Notes under the pieces: model-generated
Database searches by the model: none
What the model was told of the DNA's origin: nothing
The model's input: the letters and a program-made list of their open reading frames with translations, nothing else
Program-made: the position numbers and the translations under genes
Assembly: GCA_963728565.1 (NCBI GenBank)
Contig: CAVSLC010000028.1
Coordinates: 64,001 to 128,000 of the forward strand
Source of the DNA: an uncultured delta proteobacterium
Lineage (GTDB): Bacteria; Desulfobacterota; Binatia; UBA9968
DNA length: 64,000 nt
Direction: 5' to 3'
Shown here: positions 19,052 to 29,549 of the stretch, in pieces
How the letters are laid out: each line of letters opens with the position of its first letter
Position numbering within the stretch: position 1 is the stretch's first letter

Positions 19052-19699
19052 TTACGGCCGACGCGGGTCTTTACCGCTGGCTTCGGGTCCATCGTACACG
19101 GTGTCGACCTCGATCATTTCGTAGGATGCGACAAAGCGATGCTTGTTGTCGCCGGAGTACGCCTGGCCGCAGTAATGCGCAGGTCGGAGCTTGTTTAAAA
19201 TCGCCCAGCCATCTTGATCGATGCAGTCCTCATCGACTGAAGCAGCAACAACCCTCCCGACCACCATCAGCCGGGTGCCAAACCACTCTTTGGTCCACTC
19301 GACGCGGCATTCAAAATGGCTTTTGTACTCGGCAATGCGCGGCGGCTTTACCACTTTTGACGGCAAGGCCGTGAGACCGGCTTTTTCGAGCTCGTTGACT
19401 CCGGGAGCAAAAGGCAACCCGAGTGTTCTGACTTTTTCCAAGATCTCGCGATCGAAAGACGGAATATTGACCACGAACTCGTCCGTTGCGAGAACGTTTC
19501 GATAGGTGTCCTTATGCGAGTCAACGCAGAACGCGATGCAGGTGGGCTCGTGATGCACTCTCACGCAAGTTGCAAAAGATGCCGCGTTGACTCGGCCGGC
19601 TGGATCGACAGTCGTTATCGATACCACGCAAGCGACCGGGATAAACAGTCTGTCATAGTGCTCTGCCGGCACATCGACTTTGTTAATGCCAGATTTCAA
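19052..19699 (-). CDS. Flavin reductase-like (FMN-binding split barrel) protein
   Basis: ITTVDPAGRVNAASF, DTYRNV..EFVVNIP, NELEKAGLT..PPRIAE..FEC. Confidence 0.9.
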   Translation of the reverse strand: MKSGINKVDVPAEHYDRLFIPVACVVSITTVDPAGRVNAASFATCVRVHHEPTCIAFCVDSHKDTYRNVLATDEFVVNIPSFDREILEKVRTLGLPFAPGVNELEKAGLTALPSKVVKPPRIAEYKSHFECRVEWTKEWFGTRLMVVGRVVAASVDEDCIDQDGWAILNKLRPAHYCGQAYSGDNKHRFVASYEMIEVDTVYDGPEASGKDPRRP

Positions 19700-19779
19700 A
19701 GTCGCCTCCAGTTCGTTTGATTGCGCGATCCTATATAAATTCCGTTCGAATTACACGCTTTCAACTATCTGGAGCATTG

Positions 19780-19830
19780 GCGTTCAACGTTCAAGCCGCC
19801 GTTCAACGAGAATTTCCCGAAATGACGAGA
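19780..19830 (+). repeat. GTTCAA repeat family, short copy D
   Basis: cGTTCAAcGTTCAAgccgccGTTCAAcgagaatttcccgaaatgacgag. Confidence 0.55.
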
Positions 19831-19965
19831 TAGGCCCAGTGAAGTCACGATCGAATTGGGATAGCACTGATTTGACCGGCAGAGGGCAACCTGCTAGGCA
19901 GTTCCGGAGAAAAGATCCATAAGCAAAGCCGCCAAACAAGCGATACGACACGCTGGAGTCAGCTC

Positions 19966-20933
19966 ATGAGCTCGGCATTTGAATTCGGACTACTACTACA
20001 CACCCGCGGCATGCTCGGAGACAAGGACAGCCCGCCGAGTTTCGACGAGCTCTGGGAGGACGCCGCTTACGCCGAGCAGATGAACTTCGACCAGATCTGG
20101 TTGGGCGACAGCGTCTGCATTCTCAACCGCGCGCGCGGTGACTGTCTGACGACAATGGCGGCGCTGGCATGCAAAACCAATCGCATAAAGATCGGCACCG
20201 TTCCATTGATCGCCGCTTTGCGCAATCCCGTGTTGTTGGCGCATTCTCTTGCCACGCTTGACGTCATATCCAAGGGCAGAATTTCGGTCGCGGTGAGCGT
20301 GGCAGGGACGGCGGAGTACAATCATCGTGAGTTCATTGCCTGTGGCGTGCCCTTTCACCAAAAAGCCGGGCGCCTGAGCGAATCGCTCGTACTCATGCGC
20401 CGTCTCTGGTCGGAGAAATCGTTCGCGTTCGACGGCAGGTATTATCAGTTCAAGGAAATCGGCGTGCTCCCCAAGCCGATCCAAAAGCCTGGAATTCCGA
20501 TCTGGATTGCAGCGGCGAAAAAAACAATGCGCTGAGAAGAGTGGCAAAATTCGCCGACGGCTGGGTAACCATCGCTCACAACCTGGAGGATTTCGCCAGC
20601 CGTCGTCGAAAGATTGATCTCTATGCCGCCGAGCTCGGTCGCCGACAGGACGTGCGCGGCTCGTTACTTTTCGCTTCGCTCAACTTGGGCAGAGACGGGG
20701 AAGCCGCAAAGGAGGAAGGTTGGAGTTGGATGGAGCGCTTCTTCGGGCGGCCGCGCCGGGAAATTACCAGTCAAGCGACGATCTTCGGTACCGTGAAAGA
20801 CTGCGCGGCAATTCTCGACCGATATATCGATGCCGGTCTTACCGGCCTGATCATACGCATCGCCTCCGCGGATGAGAAAACCCAAATGCAGCGGCTGATC
20901 GAAGAGTTGAAGCCGGCTCTATCGGCCCGATGA
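19966..20933 (+). CDS. LLM-class (luciferase-like) flavin-dependent oxidoreductase, frameshift in A-run near 20520
   Basis: FDQIWLGDS, RNPVLLAHSLATLDVISKGR, PKPIQKPGIPIWIA then ADGW. Confidence 0.9.
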
Positions 20934-21036
20934 GCAATTTCTTACTGACTGTCAAGCGGCTGCATACGTTGCAACGGCATGAGAGCGCGCGCTCCATCCA
21001 ACCTTAAGCAGTGAGTCCGGTTAATCCTCAATCATC

Positions 21037-21407
21037 ATGATCGAAGTCCGCAATTTACAGAGAATCTTCCATGTCGGGCAGCGGCAAGTAGAGGCGCTAC
21101 GCCGGGTCAATCAGGAAGTCCGCGAAGGAGAATTCCTTGTGCTCCTCGGATCCAGCGGTTCGGGAAAGACAACATTGCTTCGCTGTATTGCCGGCCTGGA
21201 AACTCCCGACGACGGCGAGATTCTCATCTCGGGGCAACCGGTGTTCTCCAAGAAAGACCGCATCTATGTGCCGCCCGAAGACCGTCAAATCGGCATGGTG
21301 TTTCAATCCTATGCGATCTGGCCCCACATGACCGTATTTGATAACGTCGCCGTGCCCCTGACCTATGGGCGCAAACGAATCAAAAAACATTTGGTCCGCG
21401 ATCGAGT
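21037..21407 (+). pseudogene. Truncated ABC ATPase (N-terminal part), paralog of 8077-9178
   Basis: GSSGSGKTTLLRCIAGLETPD, GMVFQSYAIWPHMTV; ends before the signature motif and Walker B. Confidence 0.8.
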
Positions 21408-21735
21408 TCTTGCCGCTCATGGCATGGGGTTATCTGCATACCGGCTCTGTGGTATTTATCGCATCAAACATGGTGGCGGCGGCCAGGCCTCGAAACCCCG
21501 CCGGACCGCTTCGTCTCAACCGGACCTTACGCTTATACCCGCAATCCGATGTATCTCGGTCATCTGATGTACCTTCTCGGACTGAGTTTGGCATTACGCT
21601 CTTGGCTCGGCGCTGTGGGCACGATCGGCGTTGCGTTGCGGTCTCGCCGTTGAGTCATGGGCGATGAACAAGTTAGCAACCAGGCTCGGCAAGCCTTACC
21701 TGGAGTATAGGAGGAAAGTGCCACGCTGGATTTGA
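21408..21735 (+). pseudogene. Decayed ICMT/PEMT-family membrane methyltransferase, C-terminal part
   Basis: Hand translation across frames: TGPYAYTRNPMYLGH and LGKPYLEYRRKVPRWI*. Confidence 0.7.
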
Positions 21736-21977
21736 AAGAACAAAGCTGGGGATGAAAACGAAAGCGGAAAAGAAAGACGCGGGGGAGAGGGTGTCGTGCA
21801 GAAGGCGACATCAAGCGAAAGAGCGAAAAAACTTAAAGAGCGGAATTGCCTTTGCGAAACCCGACTGTTCAGATTTGATATGGACGATGATTTTATGATC
21901 GCAGAATCTTAGAGCCTTCGGAGCGTGACCGATGGCGCGTTAACATGGTCAGCACCTCTAAATCTAATCGATGGTGT

Positions 21978-22008
21978 GGTGAGAGGGCGGCTTGAGCCGC
22001 CTCTCACC
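21978..22008 (-). terminator. GC-rich hairpin, probable terminator of 22063-22560
   Basis: GGTGAGAG(G)GCGGCT-TG-AGCCGCCTCTCACC; no strong U-tract. Confidence 0.5.
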
Positions 22009-22062
22009 GGTGAACCTATGGAATGATTCCGAATCGACAAGCGCACAATTCAACTACAAATC

Positions 22063-22560
22063 CTAACGATCGAAACGAGGATTGTTCCACCAGCTGTACC
22101 GGCTGTCACGGTGGTTGTTAGACCATCCACTCCGGCCGTGATCCCAACGATCGCGATCGTTCCAAGAACCGTACCTTCCCTGGTTTCCGCGATTGTACCA
22201 ATGATTGTCATAGCCGAACCTGCTTAAATCACGGCGCAGTTCAGAATGGTCGCGCCTTAGTTCGCGCCGGTCCCGCTCTATTTCTCTCAAGTCGCGCCTG
22301 ATTTCATATTTTCCCCGGGCAATCTCGTGCCGCGGGGCTCCCCGGCGTATGTCGCTCCGCAGCTCGGCGCGATCACGCCTGAGTTCAGCGAAGTCTTTGC
22401 GCAACTCCGCGCGACTCCTTTGAACATCACGGTGACTCTCCCGGATTGCGCCGCGCCCGGCACGATGCGAACGCCCGCTATCCGCGGAAGCCGAGTCGCT
22501 GAGCAGTAGCGCTAAAAGGAACCCAACCCCCAGCCAGACCAGAGCTTTACCAGTTTGCAT
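22063..22560 (-). CDS. Secreted Arg/Asp-rich hypothetical protein with ELRRD heptad repeats
   Basis: GGAGGG RBS, signal peptide ending ASA-D, repeats ELRKD/ELRRD/ELRSD, W/Y/N/R-rich tail. Confidence 0.75.
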   Translation of the reverse strand: MQTGKALVWLGVGFLLALLLSDSASADSGRSHRAGRGAIRESHRDVQRSRAELRKDFAELRRDRAELRSDIRRGAPRHEIARGKYEIRRDLREIERDRRELRRDHSELRRDLSRFGYDNHWYNRGNQGRYGSWNDRDRWDHGRSGWSNNHRDSRYSWWNNPRFDR

Positions 22561-23263
22561 GATTTTTCCCTCCTAAGCGCTTAGACGTAGCCACATCGTG
22601 AATGTTAACTGGCAACGAACCCGATACGAAAATAACTACGGATCCGAAAGGAAATGTCTTACCAACTATCCTGTAATCCCGTGTGTAATACCTCTTACGC
22701 GCCGGCCAAAGTCGCTAGAGTTTCGGTTATAGAATAAAGCAGCCGATCTAGAATAAGCCCTGACACTCACGAGACCAGACCCACTCACCCGTTCAGGAGA
22801 CATTCGCCCCGGCTGCTTTCTCCCTCCGACAGAAACACCACCAATACTAAACACGCCTAGAAAAGACCGAGGCGGCTACAAAAGCGTCACGTGCTCACGC
22901 TCATGCCTGACACTAAGTAAACCCAGTCGAGGATTGCTCACGATATGAAAGGACTTGGGCGATGTTCCTCAGTCGATCAAACGGAGCAGGCGAGAGATTT
23001 CAATCGATCTCCGAAAAAGTGACCTGTGGGGACTTCAATCTAGCCGGTATCAAATCGATCAAGGAGCGGAGCGCCATCGCTGAATTCGATGCAGATCTTA
23101 GCCAAAAGCTATCGCGGCGAACCATCTGATAGCAGAAGAGTAGAATTGTTTAAGTCTTTCGAGCCGGTAGTGACACTGGGGGAGATTCAAGCCATCAAAG
23201 GCGCTACTAATTCGTTCGGTTTATGCGCTCGAATCGTCGCGCGACACCACCAAGCCGATTGTG

Positions 23264-24010
23264 CTATGCCACGGCGCTTTTGTATGCATGGCCGTTGCCA
23301 TCTACGGCGCAAATCTCGGCCACTGCGTCTCGATAGCACAGCCAGCTCATCAGTGCTTCTTGCATGGCTCTGACCACCGTCCCGCGCCTTGTCGGCTTGA
23401 CATGGTCTAGAATCGCGGCCCAGGCGGCAGTCCGGTGGTTTCCTTCCACCTGCCGATGCGCTTGGGTGAGCGCCAGATGTTCGATCGGCAGGCCGTAATG
23501 CTTGACCAGCGGATGCTCTTCTAGAGGCGGCGGCTCGACGGCCGCTGTCGACTCAATCGCTCGCCGTTCGTCTTTCGATCCTTCGACAAAGATCGTGACG
23601 ATCGCCGCAGCGATCTCCCAGCCATAGAGCTGAGTTGCGTTGTCGAGGTATTGCCGATAGCTCTTTGCCGCCGGCAACAGCGCTACGTTAGCGAAACGGC
23701 TTAGATCCATTCCCAGGCCGCGCGCGTATTCGAGAAAGAGCTCGGGATGGGGTCTACCGGCGACCAGTCCACCGGTCTCTTCTTCGTAAAGATTCTCTGC
23801 AAGACTGCGCCGAACTTGCGGGATCGGACAGCGCACATAAGCGCGCCCGACCATCACAGGAAAATCGCGGACGTAGGTGGCATATTCCTGTTCGAGATGA
23901 TGATGGAGAAGATCTTTCCGAACCCGCCCGGAGGTAAATGCCGGCCACGCCCAATGGTCCTTGCCTTCCATCACAACTAGGAGCTGTTCGCGAAAAGTTG
24001 CTCGATCCAT
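23264..24010 (-). CDS. Heme-oxygenase-like diiron protein (PqqC/CADD/TenA superfamily)
   Basis: ENLYEEETG..HPELF, FVEGS, HRQVEGNH. Confidence 0.85.
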   Translation of the reverse strand: MDRATFREQLLVVMEGKDHWAWPAFTSGRVRKDLLHHHLEQEYATYVRDFPVMVGRAYVRCPIPQVRRSLAENLYEEETGGLVAGRPHPELFLEYARGLGMDLSRFANVALLPAAKSYRQYLDNATQLYGWEIAAAIVTIFVEGSKDERRAIESTAAVEPPPLEEHPLVKHYGLPIEHLALTQAHRQVEGNHRTAAWAAILDHVKPTRRGTVVRAMQEALMSWLCYRDAVAEICAVDGNGHAYKSAVA

Positions 24011-24053
24011 GTTGCTCCCCCTTTTGCGAATGAATTCTCGCGAGGGTAGCTAG

Positions 24054-24070
24054 AGCAACTAGCATGCCGG
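24054..24070 (-). promoter_or_regulatory. Putative sigma54 promoter
   Basis: Minus strand CCGGCATGCTAGTTGCT: GG-N10-GC spacing with TTGC, about 45 nt upstream of the start. Confidence 0.55.
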
Positions 24071-24273
24071 CCAAACCGGATCGTAGTTGTAATTTATTCG
24101 CGAATTTCAGAGTTCAATAGCAATGTTGTCGGTGGTTGTCCGGATAAATCGCTACCGGGACGAATGGCTGGGCGATCTGAGCGAGATCTGCGCCGGGCAC
24201 AGACGAGAAATGCGTCAGAATTGGCATGCTCGCGGGCAGATAAGCCAGGGAAGACCGAATCCGATATTTACCG

Positions 24274-25626
24274 CTATCGTGTTTTGGTCCGCATTGTCAC
24301 GAACTCTTCCGCAGCTGTCGGATGGATTCCGATCGTCGTATCGAACTGTGTTTTGGTCGCTCCACAGTTGACCGCAACGGCCAACCCCTGAATGATGTCT
24401 CCCGCATCCGGCCCGACCATGTGGCAACCAAGCACTCGATCGCTGACGCGGTCGACTACTAATTTCATCATCGTTTTCTCCGCGCTTCCGGTCATCGTGT
24501 GCCGCAACGGCCGAAATGAACTCATGTAAATATCGACCTCGAATTCACGGCGGCGCGCCTGCTCCTCGCTTAACCCGACTGTGCCGCAATTAGGCGCGCT
24601 GAAAATCGCAGTGGCGACGTTCTCATAATCGAGCATGATCGGTCTGTTATTGAAGAGGGTATTCGCCACGGCGGTGCCCTCGGCGATGGCAACTGGCGTG
24701 AGCATTAAGCGGTCCGTGCAATCACCGATCGCGTAGATACTTTCAATGCTCGAGCGCAAGTACGGATCGACAACAACCGCGCCGCTCTGTCTCAGTTCGA
24801 CCCCGGCGTTTTCCAGGCCCAAATCCCGAGTCTTCGGCACGCGGCCGGTGGCATAGAGAATCTGGTTGGCGTTGATTACGCTGCCATCGATCAGCGTGGC
24901 ATTCAGTATGTCCCCGTGCTTTTCGATTTGGGCGATATCGGTTTTGAAGCGAAGATCGATCCCTCGCTTGAGCATCTCATCCGCAAGCGTGAGCCGGATA
25001 TCGTTGTCGAAGCCGCGCAGAAACAAATCGCCGCGATATAGCTGCACCGTTTCCGCGCCGAGCCCATGAAAGATTCCCGCGAATTCGACACCGATGTAGC
25101 CACCTCCGACGACAATCACTTTACGCGGCAGCTCGGCAAGGTAAAAAGCTTCGTTTGAGGTGATTACGTGCTCGGATCCGGGAAATGTCGGAATCGAGGG
25201 CCAACTACCCACGGCGATCAGAATATATTTCGCCGTGTAACGCTTGCCGTTTACTCCGATGGTGTGCGGATCGAGGACTCGCGCGTGGCCTTCGATTATT
25301 TTTACGCCGGCGTCATCGAGCAGCTTGCGGTAAACGCCATTGAGCCGGTGAATCTCGTTATCCTTATTGGCAATCAGTTTCGCCCAATCGATGCTCTGTG
25401 GGCCCACTGTCCAGCCGAAACCGGCAGCGTCTCTAAAGTCGTCCGAGTAATGAGAGGCGTAAACCAGAAGTTTCTTTGGGATGCAGCCGACATTCACGCA
25501 CGTGCCGCCGAGAGCACTTTCTTCCGCAACCGCCACCTTCGCGCCAAATGCTGCGGCAACGCGGCTGCCCCGGACACCGCCGGACCCGGCTCCGATCGTA
25601 AACAAATCAAAATCGTACTGGGCCAT
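24274..25626 (-). CDS. gor: Glutathione-disulfide reductase
   Basis: [38 protein letters not shown]. Confidence 0.93.
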   Translation of the reverse strand: MAQYDFDLFTIGAGSGGVRGSRVAAAFGAKVAVAEESALGGTCVNVGCIPKKLLVYASHYSDDFRDAAGFGWTVGPQSIDWAKLIANKDNEIHRLNGVYRKLLDDAGVKIIEGHARVLDPHTIGVNGKRYTAKYILIAVGSWPSIPTFPGSEHVITSNEAFYLAELPRKVIVVGGGYIGVEFAGIFHGLGAETVQLYRGDLFLRGFDNDIRLTLADEMLKRGIDLRFKTDIAQIEKHGDILNATLIDGSVINANQILYATGRVPKTRDLGLENAGVELRQSGAVVVDPYLRSSIESIYAIGDCTDRLMLTPVAIAEGTAVANTLFNNRPIMLDYENVATAIFSAPNCGTVGLSEEQARRREFEVDIYMSSFRPLRHTMTGSAEKTMMKLVVDRVSDRVLGCHMVGPDAGDIIQGLAVAVNCGATKTQFDTTIGIHPTAAEEFVTMRTKTR

Positions 25627-25775
25627 GAAAACCGCCTTTCAAGGATGTCCGGATATGATAAAAGGTCCAGCCCCATTCCTCAAACGGTAAGACTGCTTCA
25701 CTGTAACGTCTTTGACACTTTACGGAATTTGATCGAGAATGCCGCACTTGCTCGATTCTCGTTTGCCACTTGACC

Positions 25776-27023
25776 ATGTCACCACCCTCCCAGAGAACAA
25801 CCGGAAGCCGACGTTTACTCGCAGCTATGAGCGCGCTGCGCCATCGCAACTATCGTCTCTACTGGTTCGGCCAGCTTTTTTCCGTGCTCGCGCAAAACAT
25901 GGAAGCTATCGCCCAGAGTTGGCTAGTGCTTGAAATCACCAACTCGCCGCTTCTCCTGGGCCTCACCGGATTAACCTTCTCGATTCCCACGATCGCGCTG
26001 ACACTGCTCGGCGGGGCGGTGGCCGATCGCACAGACCGCAAGCGGATAATGATTTTGGCGCAGATCGGTTCGGCCGTGATGTTTCTGTTACTGGCGATTC
26101 TGGTCGTATCTGAACGAGTGGCGCTCTGGCATGTCATGGCTCTGGCCTTCCTCTCGGGCTGCCTCAGGGCTTTCGACCGGCCGAGCCGGATGGCGCTGCT
26201 GCCGCAGATGGTGCCGAAACACGATATTCCGAACGCCGTCGCAATTGGCGGCACCATCTGGCAGCTAAACAAGCTTGTCGGCCCGGCGCTCGCCGGCATG
26301 CTGATTTATCTGATCGGCATCGGCGCGACTTATCTGTTCTGCTTCGCCGGTTCAGCAACCGCCATCTTCCTTTGGTTCGGCATCCGCTTGGATAGCCAGC
26401 GGATCACCGCCTCTGCGGGCGGCCTCCTGCAGAATATGCTGGACGGCTTAAACTTTATTCGCAAGGATGAAATTTATTACACCTTCATCGGCATGACGTT
26501 TTTCAACAGCGTCTTCGGCATGTCTTATATGATTTTGATGCCGGTATTTGCGCGCGACATTCTATCGGTGGGGTCCGAAGGCTTCGGTTTTCTGCAGAGC
26601 GCAGGGGGCGCCGGCGCTCTTTGCGGAGTTTTACTGGTCGCTTATTTCGGCCGAGCGCGCGGGAAGGGCAAACAGGCAATCAGCGGCGCTCTGGCTTTCG
26701 GCGCGCTGCTGATTGTCTTTGCGTATTCCAATTCGTATGCGCTTTCGCTTGCAATGGCGTGCTTGCTCGGAGTGGCAAGCCAGTTCTACATGACGACCAT
26801 TCACGCGATCCTGCAAGTCAACCTTCCCGATCAACTGCGTGGGCGCGTGATGGGCATTCATGGATTGGCCTGGGAGCTCATGCCTGTCGGCGGCATGATC
26901 GGCGGGGTTATCGCTGAAGTTAGTGGCGCGCCGGCGGCGGTCGCCTTTGGCGGCGTGATGGTTGCCGGGATGGCACTGGCAGTGGCGATATTCCTGCCGA
27001 GTATCCGGCGGTTGGAACAATAA
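25776..27023 (+). CDS. MFS transporter (DUF894/MFS_3-like)
   Basis: ALRHRNYRLYW, GAVADRTDRKR, PDQLRGRVMG; about 12 TM segments. Confidence 0.9.
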   Translation: MSPPSQRTTGSRRLLAAMSALRHRNYRLYWFGQLFSVLAQNMEAIAQSWLVLEITNSPLLLGLTGLTFSIPTIALTLLGGAVADRTDRKRIMILAQIGSAVMFLLLAILVVSERVALWHVMALAFLSGCLRAFDRPSRMALLPQMVPKHDIPNAVAIGGTIWQLNKLVGPALAGMLIYLIGIGATYLFCFAGSATAIFLWFGIRLDSQRITASAGGLLQNMLDGLNFIRKDEIYYTFIGMTFFNSVFGMSYMILMPVFARDILSVGSEGFGFLQSAGGAGALCGVLLVAYFGRARGKGKQAISGALAFGALLIVFAYSNSYALSLAMACLLGVASQFYMTTIHAILQVNLPDQLRGRVMGIHGLAWELMPVGGMIGGVIAEVSGAPAAVAFGGVMVAGMALAVAIFLPSIRRLEQ

Positions 27024-27055
27024 CTCCGGTGTGTTAAGCAAGCCGAACAAGTGAC

Positions 27056-28039
27056 ATGGCGGAGAAGAAAGCCAAAAAGAAATCCGGCGCACCGCGTAAG
27101 CGACGTAAGCTGGCGGGCAAATCCACCGGACTGATGCCGAACGAACTTGCCGGCACAGCTCCCCCGGCTATTGAAAGTCTGCAACGCGCCGTCGAGGAAG
27201 ATGGCGGCAGAGTAATCAGCAGTTATCGCGAGCCGTTTGGCGGCCAATGGTTGATCATGGCTTCGTTGCCGATCCAGCAAGTCGAACCAACGCCCTATCA
27301 ACGCAATCTTTCCGATACTCACGTGCGCAAGCTCGAAACCGTCATCGCCAAGCTCGGCCGCTTCCTCGACCCGATCATCGTCGTGCGCGGCGAACCGAAC
27401 CAAGACGGAGTTCGCTATTGGACGCCCAACGGCAATCATCGTCTATCGGCGCTGCGCACTTTGGGCGCCAAGTCGGTCACTGCGATAGTAGTGCCGGAAA
27501 CTTCAACCGCTTATAAAATTCTCGCCTTGAACACGGAAAAGAGTCACAACCTCCGAGAACGAGCCCTTGAAGTGATCAAGATGTATCAAGAACTGGCGAC
27601 ACTCGATGAAGCGGCCGAAGATACTTATGCGCTTGAGTTTGAAGACGCCGCGCTCATCACCTTGGGCTTGTGTTATCTTGAACAAGGCCGCTTCAGCGGC
27701 GGCGCCTACCACCCGATTCTTCGGCGCGTTGATGGTTTTATCAAGAAGCCTTTGCAAGCGGCCTTGGAAATCCGCCGTGAGCGGGCCAAAATGGTGATGG
27801 ATTTGGACAAGAGGGTTTGCGAAAGAGTCGATACCCTTAAAAAGAGAGGTCTAACCAGCCCATATCTTAAGAGCTTCGTTGTCGCCCGCATCAATCCAAT
27901 CCGTTTCCGGCCAAAAGACGCTGCGCCGCTCAGCTATAATGAAGTGCTGGAACGCATGATCAAAGCGGTCGATAAATTCAACCCGGAAAAGATCAAGATG
28001 GAAGATTTGGCGAAGTCAGGTGGCGTGCCTGAGGACTAA
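27056..28039 (+). CDS. ParB/Srx N-terminal domain protein (orphan)
   Basis: EPTPYQR, GRFLDPIIV, TPNGNHRLSAL. Confidence 0.75.
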   Translation: MAEKKAKKKSGAPRKRRKLAGKSTGLMPNELAGTAPPAIESLQRAVEEDGGRVISSYREPFGGQWLIMASLPIQQVEPTPYQRNLSDTHVRKLETVIAKLGRFLDPIIVVRGEPNQDGVRYWTPNGNHRLSALRTLGAKSVTAIVVPETSTAYKILALNTEKSHNLRERALEVIKMYQELATLDEAAEDTYALEFEDAALITLGLCYLEQGRFSGGAYHPILRRVDGFIKKPLQAALEIRRERAKMVMDLDKRVCERVDTLKKRGLTSPYLKSFVVARINPIRFRPKDAAPLSYNEVLERMIKAVDKFNPEKIKMEDLAKSGGVPED

Positions 28040-28565
28040 TAGTGAGAGTTGCTAATGCAGGAAATTGTTGCTCGTGCGCATATCCTTGCGACTCATTCTC
28101 GACAGTTCGTTGAGCAACAGTAGCGGTAGTGGCTCCTCTTTGCTCGCGGGTTTGCTTTGCAGCGTAAACTGCCACAGTACAAAATATGGTTCCCGCTTGG
28201 GAGAAATTCTGGAGAAGGATTCGGGACTGAGCTAGCGTCCGCTATTTTGCGTTAGATGGTCAGAATCGGATAAAACTCGGCGAGTAGTATAATCATAAAA
28301 ATCACCAATGTGGTTTCGCAGAGCCGGTAATATTTTCGAGATAAGTTAACCAAACGTGTGATTGCCGGCACGCCGACGCGAGATACCAGCCGCGAGAGCA
28401 TTTTCACCGCATCGTGGTCATAAAAGTAAAGGCAGTCAACCCAACGGGCAACCCCGTTATAAGCGAAAGATCCAATTGCCAGGGACGGGTACATGACACG
28501 CGAAGGATTTCCCGGCTCCCTGCACCACAGCAGCCGTCACAGTCGTAATACGAGGAGGATAAATC

Positions 28566-29302
28566 ATGCCTGAGATTGAGAAAGAATATCTTGTCGGAAC
28601 CGTCAGACCCACTAACCGGCCCGAGGCAGGTCAGGAGATTGATCTCGACGAAAGGATTCCGGCGAAGGTAAAATTCGTTAGCTTGACGATGAATTTCACA
28701 CGCGGCACCGAGGAAGAGTTCAAAACGTCGATGCCCGGCTACGAGGCGAAAGTCTGCCGAGCTGGCGAAGATGGGCGCCGCATCTAGTGCGCCCGAGCGG
28801 GGCACCGCCGTTTATGCTGCTCGGTTACAAAGGCGAGCATGAAATCATTAGCAGTTGGGAGAAGAAATACGGCGTTCAGATGTTTACTTCGGGGCAAAAC
28901 CATGTGCGCGCGCTACGGACCATGGGAATAAAGAAGTTCGTCGGTGCCAGCTACTTTCCCGAGAAGATGAACGCTATTTTCGACCGGTACTTTACCGAAG
29001 CAGGTTTTCAGGTACTAGGTATGGAAGGCATCGATTCTCCGTTCGCCGAAGTCCCGAACGTTCCACCCGATAACATTTTCCAATTCATGAAAGGCATCGC
29101 CGCTAAACACAAAGACGCCGACGGCATCTACATGCTCGGTTCGGCCTGGCGGACGCTGGATATTATCGATCCGTTGGAGAAGGACCTGGGGTTACCGGTT
29201 ATTCACGCAGGACCGGCACGATGTTGGGAGACGCAGCTACGACTCGGTCTGCGCTATCCGATGCCAGGATATGGAAGATTGCTGGCGGAGATGCCGGGGT
29301 AA
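28566..29302 (+). CDS. Maleate isomerase/arylmalonate decarboxylase (Asp/Glu racemase-fold) family protein, indels near 28755-28780
   Basis: GAGGAGG RBS; ALRTMGIKK, YFTEAGFQV, DADGIYML..TLDIIDPLEKDLGLPVI, PGYGRLL. Confidence 0.8.
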
Positions 29303-29549
29303 TCGCTAGGTGAGCAGAAAAGTTGCTTCGGAATCAAATCACGATACCGCGGGCCAGAAATGGAAAGAACGCCTGTTTTGTGCTTATGTTTACAAATGCC
29401 AAAATAACGGAGCAGCCTCCAACAGCCATCCTAAACGATATGGGCAATTAGGCATGGTGCATAGGGGCGGTTGGTAGGAATAATCTATTAGCCCACGAAC
29501 GCCAAGTCTAAATCACAGAATTTTCCAAAATACAGCGATAATCGCTGCT

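Noticed and set aside
20515-20530. Programmed frameshift or phase variation in the A-run of the LLM gene
   Set aside because: Cannot be told apart from the homopolymer errors seen throughout the window
22560-23260. Possible gene remnant or sRNA in the 700-bp gap
   Set aside because: No motif, strong stem set or convincing reading frame could be identified by eye
23264-24010. pqqC / PQQ biosynthesis
   Set aside because: No pqqA/B/D/E adjacent; only the superfamily can be supported
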